Made by a program: the position numbers and the translations under genes
Part shown: positions 27,936-36,243 of the stretch, in pieces
Layout of the letters: the number at the start of each line of letters is the position of its first letter
Numbering within the stretch: the stretch's first letter is position 1
Notes under the pieces: generated by a model
Seen by the model: the letters and a program-made list of their open reading frames with translations, nothing else
Told to the model about the DNA's origin: nothing
The model's database searches: none
IMG/VR virus record: IMGVR_UViG_3300043811_000019
Span: 1-44,770 of that record
Strand: one strand, 5' to 3'
Length of the DNA stretch: 44,770 nt
DNA from: a virus
Lineage: Duplodnaviria > Caudoviricetes

Positions 27936-28216
27936 GAAAAACACTTATTCTTTGTTTCTTTTTGATGTCAGGAACCGTATTGGCCGACTCCATGAAGATT
28001 ATTGGACGCCCTGACCCGCAACCAGAAGAAGGAAATGTTTGCATTGTTATTGTACGGGTCATTGAGCGCGGTATTGAAGACACGGTTAGGATTTCAGTGG
28101 CTCCAGAAAACGCCCATAATCATACGCTGATCGTTATGCTGGCCCAGAAAAAGTTCAACTCGGATTATCCGGTTTCAACTCCCGTCCCAACACCAACAGA
28201 GGAGCCATTGAATTGA
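27932..28216 (+). CDS. Small secreted-type protein with PVSTPVPTPT tail
   Basis: MRKTLILCFFLMSGTVLA signal peptide; ATGA overlap. Confidence 0.65.
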   Translation: MRKTLILCFFLMSGTVLADSMKIIGRPDPQPEEGNVCIVIVRVIERGIEDTVRISVAPENAHNHTLIVMLAQKKFNSDYPVSTPVPTPTEEPLN

Positions 28217-29016
28217 AAAAGAAATTCTTAATATTATTGGTTTTGGGTCTTCCTTTGATTGTTTATGCGGCCACTGGAACTTGGACATATCAAACTGGTA
28301 GTTGGTACAACTCAACTAGCGGTCAGACCTATTATGCTTCTAATCCTGCCACTCTGCCGCCCGGAACAGCAATCCCCACGGGCACCCCAACCTCCACCCC
28401 TACCATTGTCGCAACGGCCGGTTATATCCCAGAAACAGATGGGCACGGTAACTTTTACTCAACCGTTGAAGCGGCTGGTACAGGGGGAGTTACTGCTGGA
28501 CTCATTACATCCCAGGCAATACAAGAAATTAATTACGGCACCTATGCCACTTATTTTTTGGCTCCCCACGGTTTCGGACTTTGCATTGATGCTCCTGCTG
28601 GAAACAAAGAGATTTGGGAAGACAACAATGATATTAGGTTCAGGACTCTCGGAGCTATTTTTTTTGGCGCTCAAGGTTCTGGGTCAGTCGAAACCTTCCC
28701 ATACCTTTATGAATTTGAAACCAACAACGGTGATTTTTTCTACAAAGACTTTACTATTTTCCCGTCATACATTTCGACCCAATGGCCTCTTTACGCTTAC
28801 GCTGGCGTTAATTCGGGTGGGTCGACGGTAGGCGCATCTGCTTTTGCTATTCAGGCCGCACCCAATCCGACCCTAACCCCAGGAGCGGCAACACCTGTCA
28901 TCGTTTCTTCAAAACCATATACCCAAGTGGTTGATCCTGGAATAGCCGCAACCCCGGTAACTAACGTTTATTTAGGTGGCGTTCTGCAATCAGTGAATGC
29001 CACTCCAATCCAGTAA
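28213..29016 (+). CDS. Secreted-type beta-rich protein with TP motifs
   Basis: MKKKFLILLVLGLPLIVYA signal peptide; PTGTPTSTPT, PNPTLTP and repeated ATP(V/I). Confidence 0.75.
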   Translation: MKKKFLILLVLGLPLIVYAATGTWTYQTGSWYNSTSGQTYYASNPATLPPGTAIPTGTPTSTPTIVATAGYIPETDGHGNFYSTVEAAGTGGVTAGLITSQAIQEINYGTYATYFLAPHGFGLCIDAPAGNKEIWEDNNDIRFRTLGAIFFGAQGSGSVETFPYLYEFETNNGDFFYKDFTIFPSYISTQWPLYAYAGVNSGGSTVGASAFAIQAAPNPTLTPGAATPVIVSSKPYTQVVDPGIAATPVTNVYLGGVLQSVNATPIQ

Positions 29017-29028
29017 AGGAGTAGTGAG

Positions 29029-29817
29029 ATGAAAAAGGCAATCGTAGCATCAATAATTCTAATGGGAATGTTGGGGTGGTGCATCCTGACAGCAGGGACA
29101 CCCCCTAAGTTTAATTACCCTCTTAACGCCAAATTGAGCCCGGATGGGAATTACATCTATGACTCGAATGGACTGGATTCGGCTGGCACCCCGGGTGTTT
29201 GGATCCCCTTGGGCCAACCAACAGCAACACCCAATATCACAGTTGTGCCCTATACGCCAACCGGAACCCCGACCCCTACCGGGTCTTATACGCCAACAAA
29301 TACGGTAACTCAGACGCCCACCAACACTCCTACGCCCCAGGGATATTATTCAGGGCCTATAACAATGGATTCGCTTTCAGCGGGTGTTACGATGGGTCCG
29401 GCGGCATTCAATATGAAAACTTATTCTTTGTATATAGTTAGCAACGGTGCTTTAACTTATGCGTCTCCTGCAACAATTCGATTGGATACTTCAGCCGATG
29501 GTGTTAACTGGAACCCAAATGCAGGTGGAACTCAAAATGCAGCCGTTTCTTTAGCTAGCTCTGCGGTGATTGGAACGATAAGCGGTTCAACAACAGAACA
29601 AAGATATTTTAGGGTTAGGCCCGCAGTAACTCCGGTGGCTACTGGTTCGGTGATTCTTGAGTTACTTGCGAATTATACGAATATTCCAGCACCCTACCGT
29701 AAATACTTCCGATATGCGAAGGAGTACGAAGTAAACAATCCTTATTCGGATGGTCATGGATATTCCGTTTATTACGATTCTCATGGTCGGGCAATTAGGG
29801 TTCATTCATGGGGATGA
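29029..29817 (+). CDS. Secreted-type protein with a TPT linker and a beta-sandwich-like domain
   Basis: AAGGAG RBS; hydrophobic N-terminus; YTPTGTPTPT linker; S.DGVNW and RYFRVR motifs. Confidence 0.75.
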   Translation: MKKAIVASIILMGMLGWCILTAGTPPKFNYPLNAKLSPDGNYIYDSNGLDSAGTPGVWIPLGQPTATPNITVVPYTPTGTPTPTGSYTPTNTVTQTPTNTPTPQGYYSGPITMDSLSAGVTMGPAAFNMKTYSLYIVSNGALTYASPATIRLDTSADGVNWNPNAGGTQNAAVSLASSAVIGTISGSTTEQRYFRVRPAVTPVATGSVILELLANYTNIPAPYRKYFRYAKEYEVNNPYSDGHGYSVYYDSHGRAIRVHSWG

Positions 29818-30182
29818 CCCGCCTCTTTCTCTTATTTCTTCTGTCCTTGGGGGTTGCGGGGATTGCGAGGGCGGATGAGCCTCAAGTGGACTATCAAGCG
29901 CTTGCCACAGGTGCGGGAGTTCTTGTAGCACCGATTCCTTTTGTTGGGAACGGATTGGACTACTCGCACGGTGAAGAACTAACAGGATGGAGTTACATGG
30001 GAACCGATATTCTTGACCGCATCTTTCCGAAGGAAATCCGTTTTATGGCCCCGATTCTTGTTGGCCTTTTCGACCTTGGATGGATAACAGCGAAGAACGA
30101 CAAAGGTGATGAACCATTGAGAGAGTTTGCCTGTGGAGGAATAGGCGTTCTTGGCCGAGTGGTCGTGGATTTCAAGTTTTAA
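29814..30182 (+). CDS. Secreted/membrane protein ending VVVDFKF
   Basis: Signal peptide (..GIARA-DE); Gly-rich hydrophobic segments; C-terminal Phe. Confidence 0.65.
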   Translation: MTRLFLLFLLSLGVAGIARADEPQVDYQALATGAGVLVAPIPFVGNGLDYSHGEELTGWSYMGTDILDRIFPKEIRFMAPILVGLFDLGWITAKNDKGDEPLREFACGGIGVLGRVVVDFKF

Positions 30183-30191
30183 GGGAAAGAA

Positions 30192-30611
30192 ATGACAAGC
30201 CCGGAGGATCATCATGGGTTCAATCTATCGGACATTCCTTATTGGGTTCACATTGGATGGGTTACTTTAGTGGGCCTTCTTTGGAAGGGAAAAACCATCG
30301 GTAAGGCTGTCGTCGGAGTCGTTACCACTACCGCGAGGCTTGATGTTTTGGAGGACGATATGCTGAAGGTCAAGCAAGCCCAAGTGACCCGAAATGATAT
30401 TGACGTTCTTAGGACCGATCTTCAGGGAACCATCCAAGCCAACCAAACCGCAACCCTCTCGGAGATTCGATTCCTTTTCACAAGCAAAGATGCACGGGAT
30501 GAAGCCTTTAAAAAGAATTTAGAAGATGGCATTTTCAAGAAGTACGAGGGGTTGGACAAGATCATCGAGAGGTTAGACGAGAAGGTGCCAAATGAAAAAC
30601 CCACTACATAA
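30192..30611 (+). CDS. Single-TM coiled-coil protein, possible holin-like lysis accessory
   Basis: N-terminal hydrophobic segment then coiled coil; upstream of the endolysin. Confidence 0.55.
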   Translation: MTSPEDHHGFNLSDIPYWVHIGWVTLVGLLWKGKTIGKAVVGVVTTTARLDVLEDDMLKVKQAQVTRNDIDVLRTDLQGTIQANQTATLSEIRFLFTSKDARDEAFKKNLEDGIFKKYEGLDKIIERLDEKVPNEKPTT

Positions 30612-30701
30612 CCCGTTCTTTTTCAATTTGGTGATAGCGCTTTTAACTATTGGCGTTCTAGCAACGGTCTTTAGCCTGGCGGATTGGATATCAAAAAACC
30701 T

Positions 30702-31319
30702 ATGAAAACCATCCTCGACTTCTCTCACCTTAACCCCAATGTGGATTGGGATCAATTAGCGCAAATGACGGGTCTTGAAGGCGTAGTGTTAAAAGTCTCT
30801 GAGGGAATTACGGTTCAAGACTCCGTATTTCAGGTCAGGTTTCGTGCCGCAAACTCACACCTTGTAGCGGTCAAAGGGCTTTATCACTTCTATCACCCGG
30901 CAGACGATCCAAATTCACAAGCCAATAATTACATAAGGCAAAGGGATACAGCCGAAGCGCCAAAGACCATTCCCGCCATTGTGGACCTGGAGGATTGTGA
31001 AAACCTTCAAGAGTGGCCCAATGTGCCGGAGGAACAGCGGTACTCGGATTTGAAGACTTTTATCGCCCGATTGGAAGCCGAGGGCTATCCGATAATGATT
31101 TACTCAAGCCACAACTTTATGAGCCGCATCCTTCCACATGCGGACTTTCTTCTGTCCTATCTCTTGTGGGTGGCATGGTACGAGGCCGCACCCCCTTTGC
31201 TTCCCTCTCCCTGGACCGCCTGGACTTGGTGGCAATATACCGGGAGCGGAAATGTTGCAGGAGTTCAAGGGGATTGTGACATCAGCTACGTTCAGGAACC
31301 GTTATCCGCTTCCGCCTAG
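30702..31319 (+). CDS. Endolysin, GH25 muramidase
   Basis: LDFSH, LKVSEG, GLYHF, VDLE catalytic motif, LWVAWY, WQYT..G.V.GV.GDCD. Confidence 0.92.
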   Translation: MKTILDFSHLNPNVDWDQLAQMTGLEGVVLKVSEGITVQDSVFQVRFRAANSHLVAVKGLYHFYHPADDPNSQANNYIRQRDTAEAPKTIPAIVDLEDCENLQEWPNVPEEQRYSDLKTFIARLEAEGYPIMIYSSHNFMSRILPHADFLLSYLLWVAWYEAAPPLLPSPWTAWTWWQYTGSGNVAGVQGDCDISYVQEPLSASA

Positions 31320-31339
31320 TCCTACTCCTCTTAACCCTC

Positions 31340-31879
31340 ATGCCCCTTCCCGCCTTAGCAGGGGACTTCCAAGTAAAGAAAGCGGCAGACTGGATTCAAC
31401 ACGAGTATGCCTCTGCTTTTAAGGGTTCTTGGAGACTAGACCGTTCAAGGGCCTTGGAATACGCGAAATTCATCAGAATAGCCGCTCAAATGAACGATAT
31501 TGACCCGAAGAGGTATCTTGCCCAGATAGCCTGGGAATCGGCCTTCCTGAACAATATACGCGATAGAAAACTGCCCTTTCATTCGTGGTCCTACGGTCTT
31601 TGCGGGATTCAGGTAGAAACGGCCAGACAGTTTTACCCAAAGATTGCAGGCCGGGACTTGGTGGAAAACTATGATTTGAACATCATGCTAGGGGCTTGCC
31701 AGATGCGCCGACTCCTAAACCTAACTGGCAATTTACAGAACGCCGAAAGAGCCTATAATTGCGGGTATGCGGGAATGAGGCACGGCCAGGGTAGAACCTA
31801 TCCAGGTTCCATTACCACGACAGAGAAGAAGTGGAAGAAGTTTGAGAGCGAAGTACCCGGAGACGGGAATAAAAATTAG
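31340..31879 (+). CDS. Soluble lytic transglycosylase (SLT) domain protein; true start may be upstream
   Basis: AQIAWES catalytic Glu-Ser, SYGLCGIQ, NI..G and AYNCG motifs. Confidence 0.85.
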   Translation: MPLPALAGDFQVKKAADWIQHEYASAFKGSWRLDRSRALEYAKFIRIAAQMNDIDPKRYLAQIAWESAFLNNIRDRKLPFHSWSYGLCGIQVETARQFYPKIAGRDLVENYDLNIMLGACQMRRLLNLTGNLQNAERAYNCGYAGMRHGQGRTYPGSITTTEKKWKKFESEVPGDGNKN

Positions 31880-31889
31880 GGAGGTTGTT

Positions 31890-32111
31890 ATGCAAGCAGG
31901 AGTTCCGCCGACTCAACCAAGCAAACCCTTGAGTCAGATCATGGTTCCAGGGACGAAGATTCCAGTGGATGCCGCAATCGGGTACGCAAGCGCTTTGGTG
32001 ACAGAGGTCATCAACGCCAACATCGTGCCTGATAAGTACCAGCCGCTTGTCCATGTTGTGGCCGCAGTCTTGGCCGCGATTGGTCATGCCCTGCAAATTG
32101 ACGGACTGTGA
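31890..32111 (+). CDS. Small two-hydrophobic-segment protein, possible holin
   Basis: GGGAGG RBS; 73 aa; located in the lysis region. Confidence 0.5.
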   Translation: MQAGVPPTQPSKPLSQIMVPGTKIPVDAAIGYASALVTEVINANIVPDKYQPLVHVVAAVLAAIGHALQIDGL

Positions 32112-32119
32112 GGCCAACC

Positions 32120-32563
32120 ATGAAAAAACTATTTCTAACTGTCATCCTTGCATTGGTGGGTTCGGGAGCCTTTGCCCAAGAACAAACCGGATGGGGAATC
32201 AACCCGGAGTTTTCCGCTCCCTATATGTTCGGCCAGAACGCAAACGGAACCTTCGTTTCGCTTCCGAGTTTTGGAGTGGGTGCGGATATTGGCTGGAAGG
32301 ATATTCTCACCGTCAACGGAGAAAAGACAGTGAAGTATTCCGCTGGTTTGGTTCTTAACGCCAATATCACCCAAGCTGTGCCTGGTGTCCCCGATTCCAT
32401 CCTGAATGGTTTGATAGGAGCCGAAGCGGGATTCAAGGGCATAAACTTGGTGGCTGGTAATCAAGTGCTTGGAGATCCACTAACCGGTCCTGGTGGAAGC
32501 CGTTGGTTGGTCTATGTCGGCTATGATGTGACCAGCCTTCTTGGAACCTGGATGACCTTTTGA
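32120..32563 (+). CDS. Secreted beta-strand protein, possible small outer-membrane barrel
   Basis: MKKLFLTVILALVGSGAFA signal peptide; alternating hydrophobic strands (FGVGADIGW, WLVYVGYD); ends in Phe. Confidence 0.65.
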   Translation: MKKLFLTVILALVGSGAFAQEQTGWGINPEFSAPYMFGQNANGTFVSLPSFGVGADIGWKDILTVNGEKTVKYSAGLVLNANITQAVPGVPDSILNGLIGAEAGFKGINLVAGNQVLGDPLTGPGGSRWLVYVGYDVTSLLGTWMTF

Positions 32564-32759
32564 ACAAGGACAAGGGGTATCACCTAAGCTGGATCTCGGT
32601 CCATCTCTGGTTTTACCCCTTTAAGCCTTGGAAGATCGGAACCTACCTGGGAATCCCTAGCGGATACCAGATAGGGCCCTTTTACTGGAATTTCTAACAT
32701 CTCCGGGGGAATTGAGCGCCCAAAGAGCTTGGTTCCCCCACTCTCCTAACCCCTCAAAT

Positions 32760-32870
32760 TTGCATTTAAATGGCGTTTCCTGGTAAGATTTAGCCAGGAG
32801 GACACACAATGTCCACAGATAGGTTCTAGGGGGGTTGGAGGGCGTCGCGAGTTCTCCGGCCCTCTTTTCG
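32760..32870 (+). other. Promoter, minigene (MSTDRF) and terminator unit
   Basis: TTGCAT-N18-TAAGAT (32760-32789), AGGAGG, ORF 32809-32829, long GU-rich hairpin 32828-32866 with T-rich tail. Confidence 0.5.
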
Positions 32871-32873
32871 TTC

Positions 32874-32903
32874 TTGACTTTCCTTGGTGGTAGGGTTTAG
32901 AGT
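32874..32903 (+). promoter_or_regulatory. Putative promoter of the antisense-RNA/early operon
   Basis: TTGACT-N18-TAGAGT. Confidence 0.55.
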
Positions 32904-32944
32904 TTCTGCGAAATAGAAATAGCCTCGTCGTGGGGCAACGGTTG

Positions 32945-33031
32945 AAGGCTTTGGTAGGGGTAGACAAGTGGAGCTTCGGCTCCCCGTGAAACCGTTCACG
33001 GCACGACCTTGTTTATCCCGACCAAAGCCTT
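32945..33031 (+). ncRNA. C4/CI-like structured antisense RNA
   Basis: Long closing stem AAGGCTTTGGT.GGGGTAGACAAG / CTTGTTTATCCC.ACCAAAGCCTT enclosing GGAGC-TTCG-GCTCC and CCGTGAA-ACCG-TTCACGG hairpins plus unpaired CACGAC; complementary GTCGTG/AACGGTT sites lie just upstream. Confidence 0.7.
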
Positions 33032-33348
33032 TTTTATTTTCCGGTCTATCTGGCTCTCCGAATAAGCCACCAATCAAAGAACTGTCTGCGTGGCCTGACA
33101 AATGAGCTTCCAGGGCGCTCCAAATAACCAAGACCCGGCAGAGCCACAGACACTAATAAACCAATTCACCGTAGGTCGTGCTGGGCGGAACAGAATGTTA
33201 AAATCCGTGTGTAGGTCGGGCTTTGCCCTCCCTCCACGAAGTCCAGAAAATTTAAGTTGTTTAGGTTGGTTTTTAAGGCTGTTAATCTTTAAAAGATTTA
33301 AAGACTTAAAAGCAAAACCAGAGAAGTAAAATTACTAGAGGGGGCGAG

Positions 33349-34137
33349 ATGAAAGGCTACAAAGTTTTCACGCATGATTTACGGCCACCTATTCAAGGCG
33401 GCGAACCGGTTTGGGACGGGAAGACTCCGTTTGAATTACCAACCGTGAAGTTGGATACCTCAGATGCCGATTGCGGAGCCGGATGGAATTTTGTGAAGGA
33501 CATACAAACCGGTTTGACGCTGTGCGGTTTCTGGCCAACTGGAAGACCTTCACGCGTTTTTGAAGTTCAAGCCTTGAATCCAGTTATTGAACGAAAAGAA
33601 AAAATCCGCACCGACAAACTTTTAATTTTGAGCGAAGTCAAGGATGGCGAAATTTACGATGCCATAAAAACACTGTCCTCTAAGTGGTTCGGTTCACTAG
33701 CGGAAGAAATGGCAACTTCTCAAATCAAATGGCGCGAGGCTTTGGAACGCCCATATAAAAAAATCGGAAAAATCGAAGAGAACTTAAAAGAAGCATTAGA
33801 AGTGCGCGGATTGAAAGAATGGAAACTAAAAAGGTTCACCACCGTTTGGGACGCTAGGGACGCTTGGGACGCTAGGGCCGCTTGGGACGCTAGGGCCGCT
33901 TGGGCCGCTAGGGACGCTTGGGACGCTTGGGACGCTAGGGACGCTAGGGACGCTAGGGACGCTTGGGACGCTAGGGACGCTAGGGCCGCTTTGATGGTGG
34001 AGTTTACGGCCAAGAAAAAGTGGATCAAGTATGAACAGGATTATTTGACTCGCGGTATTCGGGACGCCTACAAGAATGGATTGGAAATAGCACTACCGAC
34101 TGGCCTGAATGAATTGGGATGGAGCGAAAAGCAGTAA
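33349..34137 (+). CDS. Hypothetical protein with (W/R)(D/A)A tripeptide repeat
   Basis: GAGGGG RBS; N-terminal GYKV...CGAGW.F domain; repeat tract. Confidence 0.8.
   Translation: MKGYKVFTHDLRPPIQGGEPVWDGKTPFELPTVKLDTSDADCGAGWNFVKDIQTGLTLCGFWPTGRPSRVFEVQALNPVIERKEKIRTDKLLILSEVKDGEIYDAIKTLSSKWFGSLAEEMATSQIKWREALERPYKKIGKIEENLKEALEVRGLKEWKLKRFTTVWDARDAWDARAAWDARAAWAARDAWDAWDARDARDARDAWDARDARAALMVEFTAKKKWIKYEQDYLTRGIRDAYKNGLEIALPTGLNELGWSEKQ
33847..33990 (+). repeat. Tandem repeat, 16 x 9 bp (W-GGG-M-CGCT)
   Basis: Units (T/A)GGG(A/C)CGCT encoding WDA/RDA/RAA/WAA. Confidence 0.95.
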
Positions 34138-34170
34138 ATCAGTTTCAGCACAAGTAAGGTGGTTTTGAAA

Positions 34171-34500
34171 ATGGAAAAACTCTCACCCGAAGAAGTTTGG
34201 AAGGTTCTGGATTTAAACCCCGAATGGCAGGTGCTTCCTGATTCTTTGCGGTATCCAATCCGGGGGAAGATAACAAAGGACTTGGGGAAATACTTCGATA
34301 CCCGCGGGGAAGAAGCTCTTTCGTGGGTCATGTCCTGGTTGGGGAATGAGTTTGCGAAGGTTTTTTGGAGTGAGACGGAGTGGTTCAAGCAGTGGGCGGC
34401 GTTGTTTAGGATGGCGAGGGTGTTCGCGGATAAGAAAATGACGGGCGAGAGTTGCTTCAACGCTTTGTTGGTGAAATCCGGGGCGGAGGATTATGTTTGA
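34171..34500 (+). CDS. Hypothetical protein coupled to the helicase (possible initiator/loader)
   Basis: Stop overlaps the helicase TTG start; function inferred from position only. Confidence 0.55.
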   Translation: MEKLSPEEVWKVLDLNPEWQVLPDSLRYPIRGKITKDLGKYFDTRGEEALSWVMSWLGNEFAKVFWSETEWFKQWAALFRMARVFADKKMTGESCFNALLVKSGAEDYV

Positions 34501-35777
34501 CCGACATTCGACACCTGCCAGAAGACCTTGACGCCGAAAGAGCCGTTCTTGGGGCTATGATTCTAAACCCAGAGTGCATCTTTCGGGTTTTGCAGTATGT
34601 GACGGAAGCAGACTTTTTCAAGGAATCGAATCGGGCTATCTTCAAGGCGGTTGTGGCGCTGAACGAAAAAGGGAAAAAGATTGACCCCATAACAATTTCG
34701 CACGAAATGAAGCAAAGCGGGGAAGATCCAAAACCAGCCCTCAAGATAATCGACGACAAGACCTTAACGTCCGCTTTAGCCGAACAACACGCGGAGATAG
34801 TTCGCGAAAAGAGTATCGCCCGGAAAGGAATCAGGGAACTAACCTACCGAACCCAAGAACTCTATGATGGCGAAAATCCAGAGAGGGTGATGAACGACGT
34901 TTTTAACTTCACCACTACGGACTTCGGGAACAAGGCGCATGATTTCGAATGCGACTTAAATGACCTTCTTTCCAGGGTGGCGGACAAGGTGCAGAAGGCA
35001 ACGGACGGACAGAGACGGGCGACCATTCCAAGCGGCCTTGCGAGTTTTGACGGAAAGTTTGGGGGATGGGAAGTTGGGGCCTTGACCGTTCTCCTGGCGC
35101 CACCCAAGGTGGGGAAAAGCCAGTTGATGATGAACAGTTGTAATTGGATAACCAAGGTCAAGATCAAGGCCGGATACATTCTCTTGGACATGATGCGGGA
35201 CAAGATCATTTTCCGGTTCGTGAGTTCAAGGCTTCAAAAGACCGTCCGGCAGATCGAGAACGGGGAAGTAGCCTTCGGGAAAGTGGGAGAGTGCCTGGAC
35301 CAAATTCGGGAGCAGGGAAAGGGGAGCGTTTTAAAGATTGCCGGCCAGGAGAACATTGGGCACGATCATAAAGCCTGTATCCGGTGGATGATGTACGCGA
35401 ACAAGAACTTCGGAACCCAGATTTTCTTCGTGGATAGCTTCCAGAAATTCGAGGTTAAACCGGAGAAGGGACAGACGGACGAAAGTTTCATAAGCCAGAT
35501 GATTAACGACTTCCAAACCTGCGCCCAGAAATTAGATGTTGCTATCGTCGGGACCGTGGACATGAGCTACGAGGGGAAGGCTAAAGGAAGCTCAAGGTGG
35601 GGATATGGTGTTGATTCGGTTTTTGAATTGGTCTACAAAGAAGAGGAAAATTTTTTGTTGGTTAAATCCAAGTTTTTGAGGAACGGAAGGGGCGGGGAAA
35701 TTAAGCTGTCAACGAACTACGACTTCAGCGAGATAACGGACTACAAGCCGAGAACTAATAAAGCTTTTGATCCATAG
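34497..35777 (+). CDS. dnaB: DnaB-like replicative helicase
   Basis: LPEDLDAERAVLGAMI...DFF..NR.IF N-domain, IPSGL..FD..GG, Walker A APPKVGKS, Walker B FFVDSFQ, K.LRNG. Confidence 0.88.
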   Translation: MTDIRHLPEDLDAERAVLGAMILNPECIFRVLQYVTEADFFKESNRAIFKAVVALNEKGKKIDPITISHEMKQSGEDPKPALKIIDDKTLTSALAEQHAEIVREKSIARKGIRELTYRTQELYDGENPERVMNDVFNFTTTDFGNKAHDFECDLNDLLSRVADKVQKATDGQRRATIPSGLASFDGKFGGWEVGALTVLLAPPKVGKSQLMMNSCNWITKVKIKAGYILLDMMRDKIIFRFVSSRLQKTVRQIENGEVAFGKVGECLDQIREQGKGSVLKIAGQENIGHDHKACIRWMMYANKNFGTQIFFVDSFQKFEVKPEKGQTDESFISQMINDFQTCAQKLDVAIVGTVDMSYEGKAKGSSRWGYGVDSVFELVYKEEENFLLVKSKFLRNGRGGEIKLSTNYDFSEITDYKPRTNKAFDP

Positions 35778-36027
35778 GCACAGGAGGCGCAACCGTGAGG
35801 GGAACAGCATGGATAGTGAGCGAACAATTCAATGTGATTGCGGTTGATGAAGGATTCATGCGCCTACCCTACCAAGAACCTGACGGGGTTTTCGGGGATA
35901 TTTGGCGCTGGCTGAAATACCTTGGACACGAGGGGGATTAAATGACCTATTGGAGAATCCAAGCCCTCTTAGAACTTCATCCCGGTTACTGGCTTCAACA
36001 TTCCCCCAGGTGGGAAGCGGTGATGAA

Positions 36028-36243
36028 TTGAACCTTCGTGAGTTTGTGGATTCGGCCATTGAGGGGCTTCCCATAACGATGCGGGAGAGGGCGCGGAAGG
36101 TGGCGGAGAAACATTTCGCCAAGAAGAATCCGATGACGCCTGAGCTTTTCCGCGAGTTGTTCAACACTGCCGCGAAACAAGTCAACGAGGAATGGAGGAA
36201 ACGTGACGCCTTACGTGTTCAAGGACGAAAAGATTCAAAGTGA
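36028..36243 (+). CDS. Hypothetical protein
   Basis: 3' part of ORF 35902-36243; TTG start inferred from overlap with a short upstream ORF. Confidence 0.45.
   Translation: MNLREFVDSAIEGLPITMRERARKVAEKHFAKKNPMTPELFRELFNTAAKQVNEEWRKRDALRVQGRKDSK

Noticed and set aside
26208-33350. Diversity-generating retroelement, as in BPP-1
   Set aside because: I saw no reverse transcriptase motif and no template/variable repeat pair differing at adenines.
33847-33990. CRISPR array
   Set aside because: Contiguous 9-bp units without spacers, in frame within a CDS; no cas genes.
33720-34028. Minus-strand ASLASQ-repeat ORF
   Set aside because: Shadow of the WDA/RDA repeat; no independent support.
31317-35777. 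Stop-codon reassignment (TAG or TGA recoding)
   Set aside because: Long genes are intact under the standard code, and TAG/TGA end genes at sensible boundaries (e.g. 31319, 32563, 35777).
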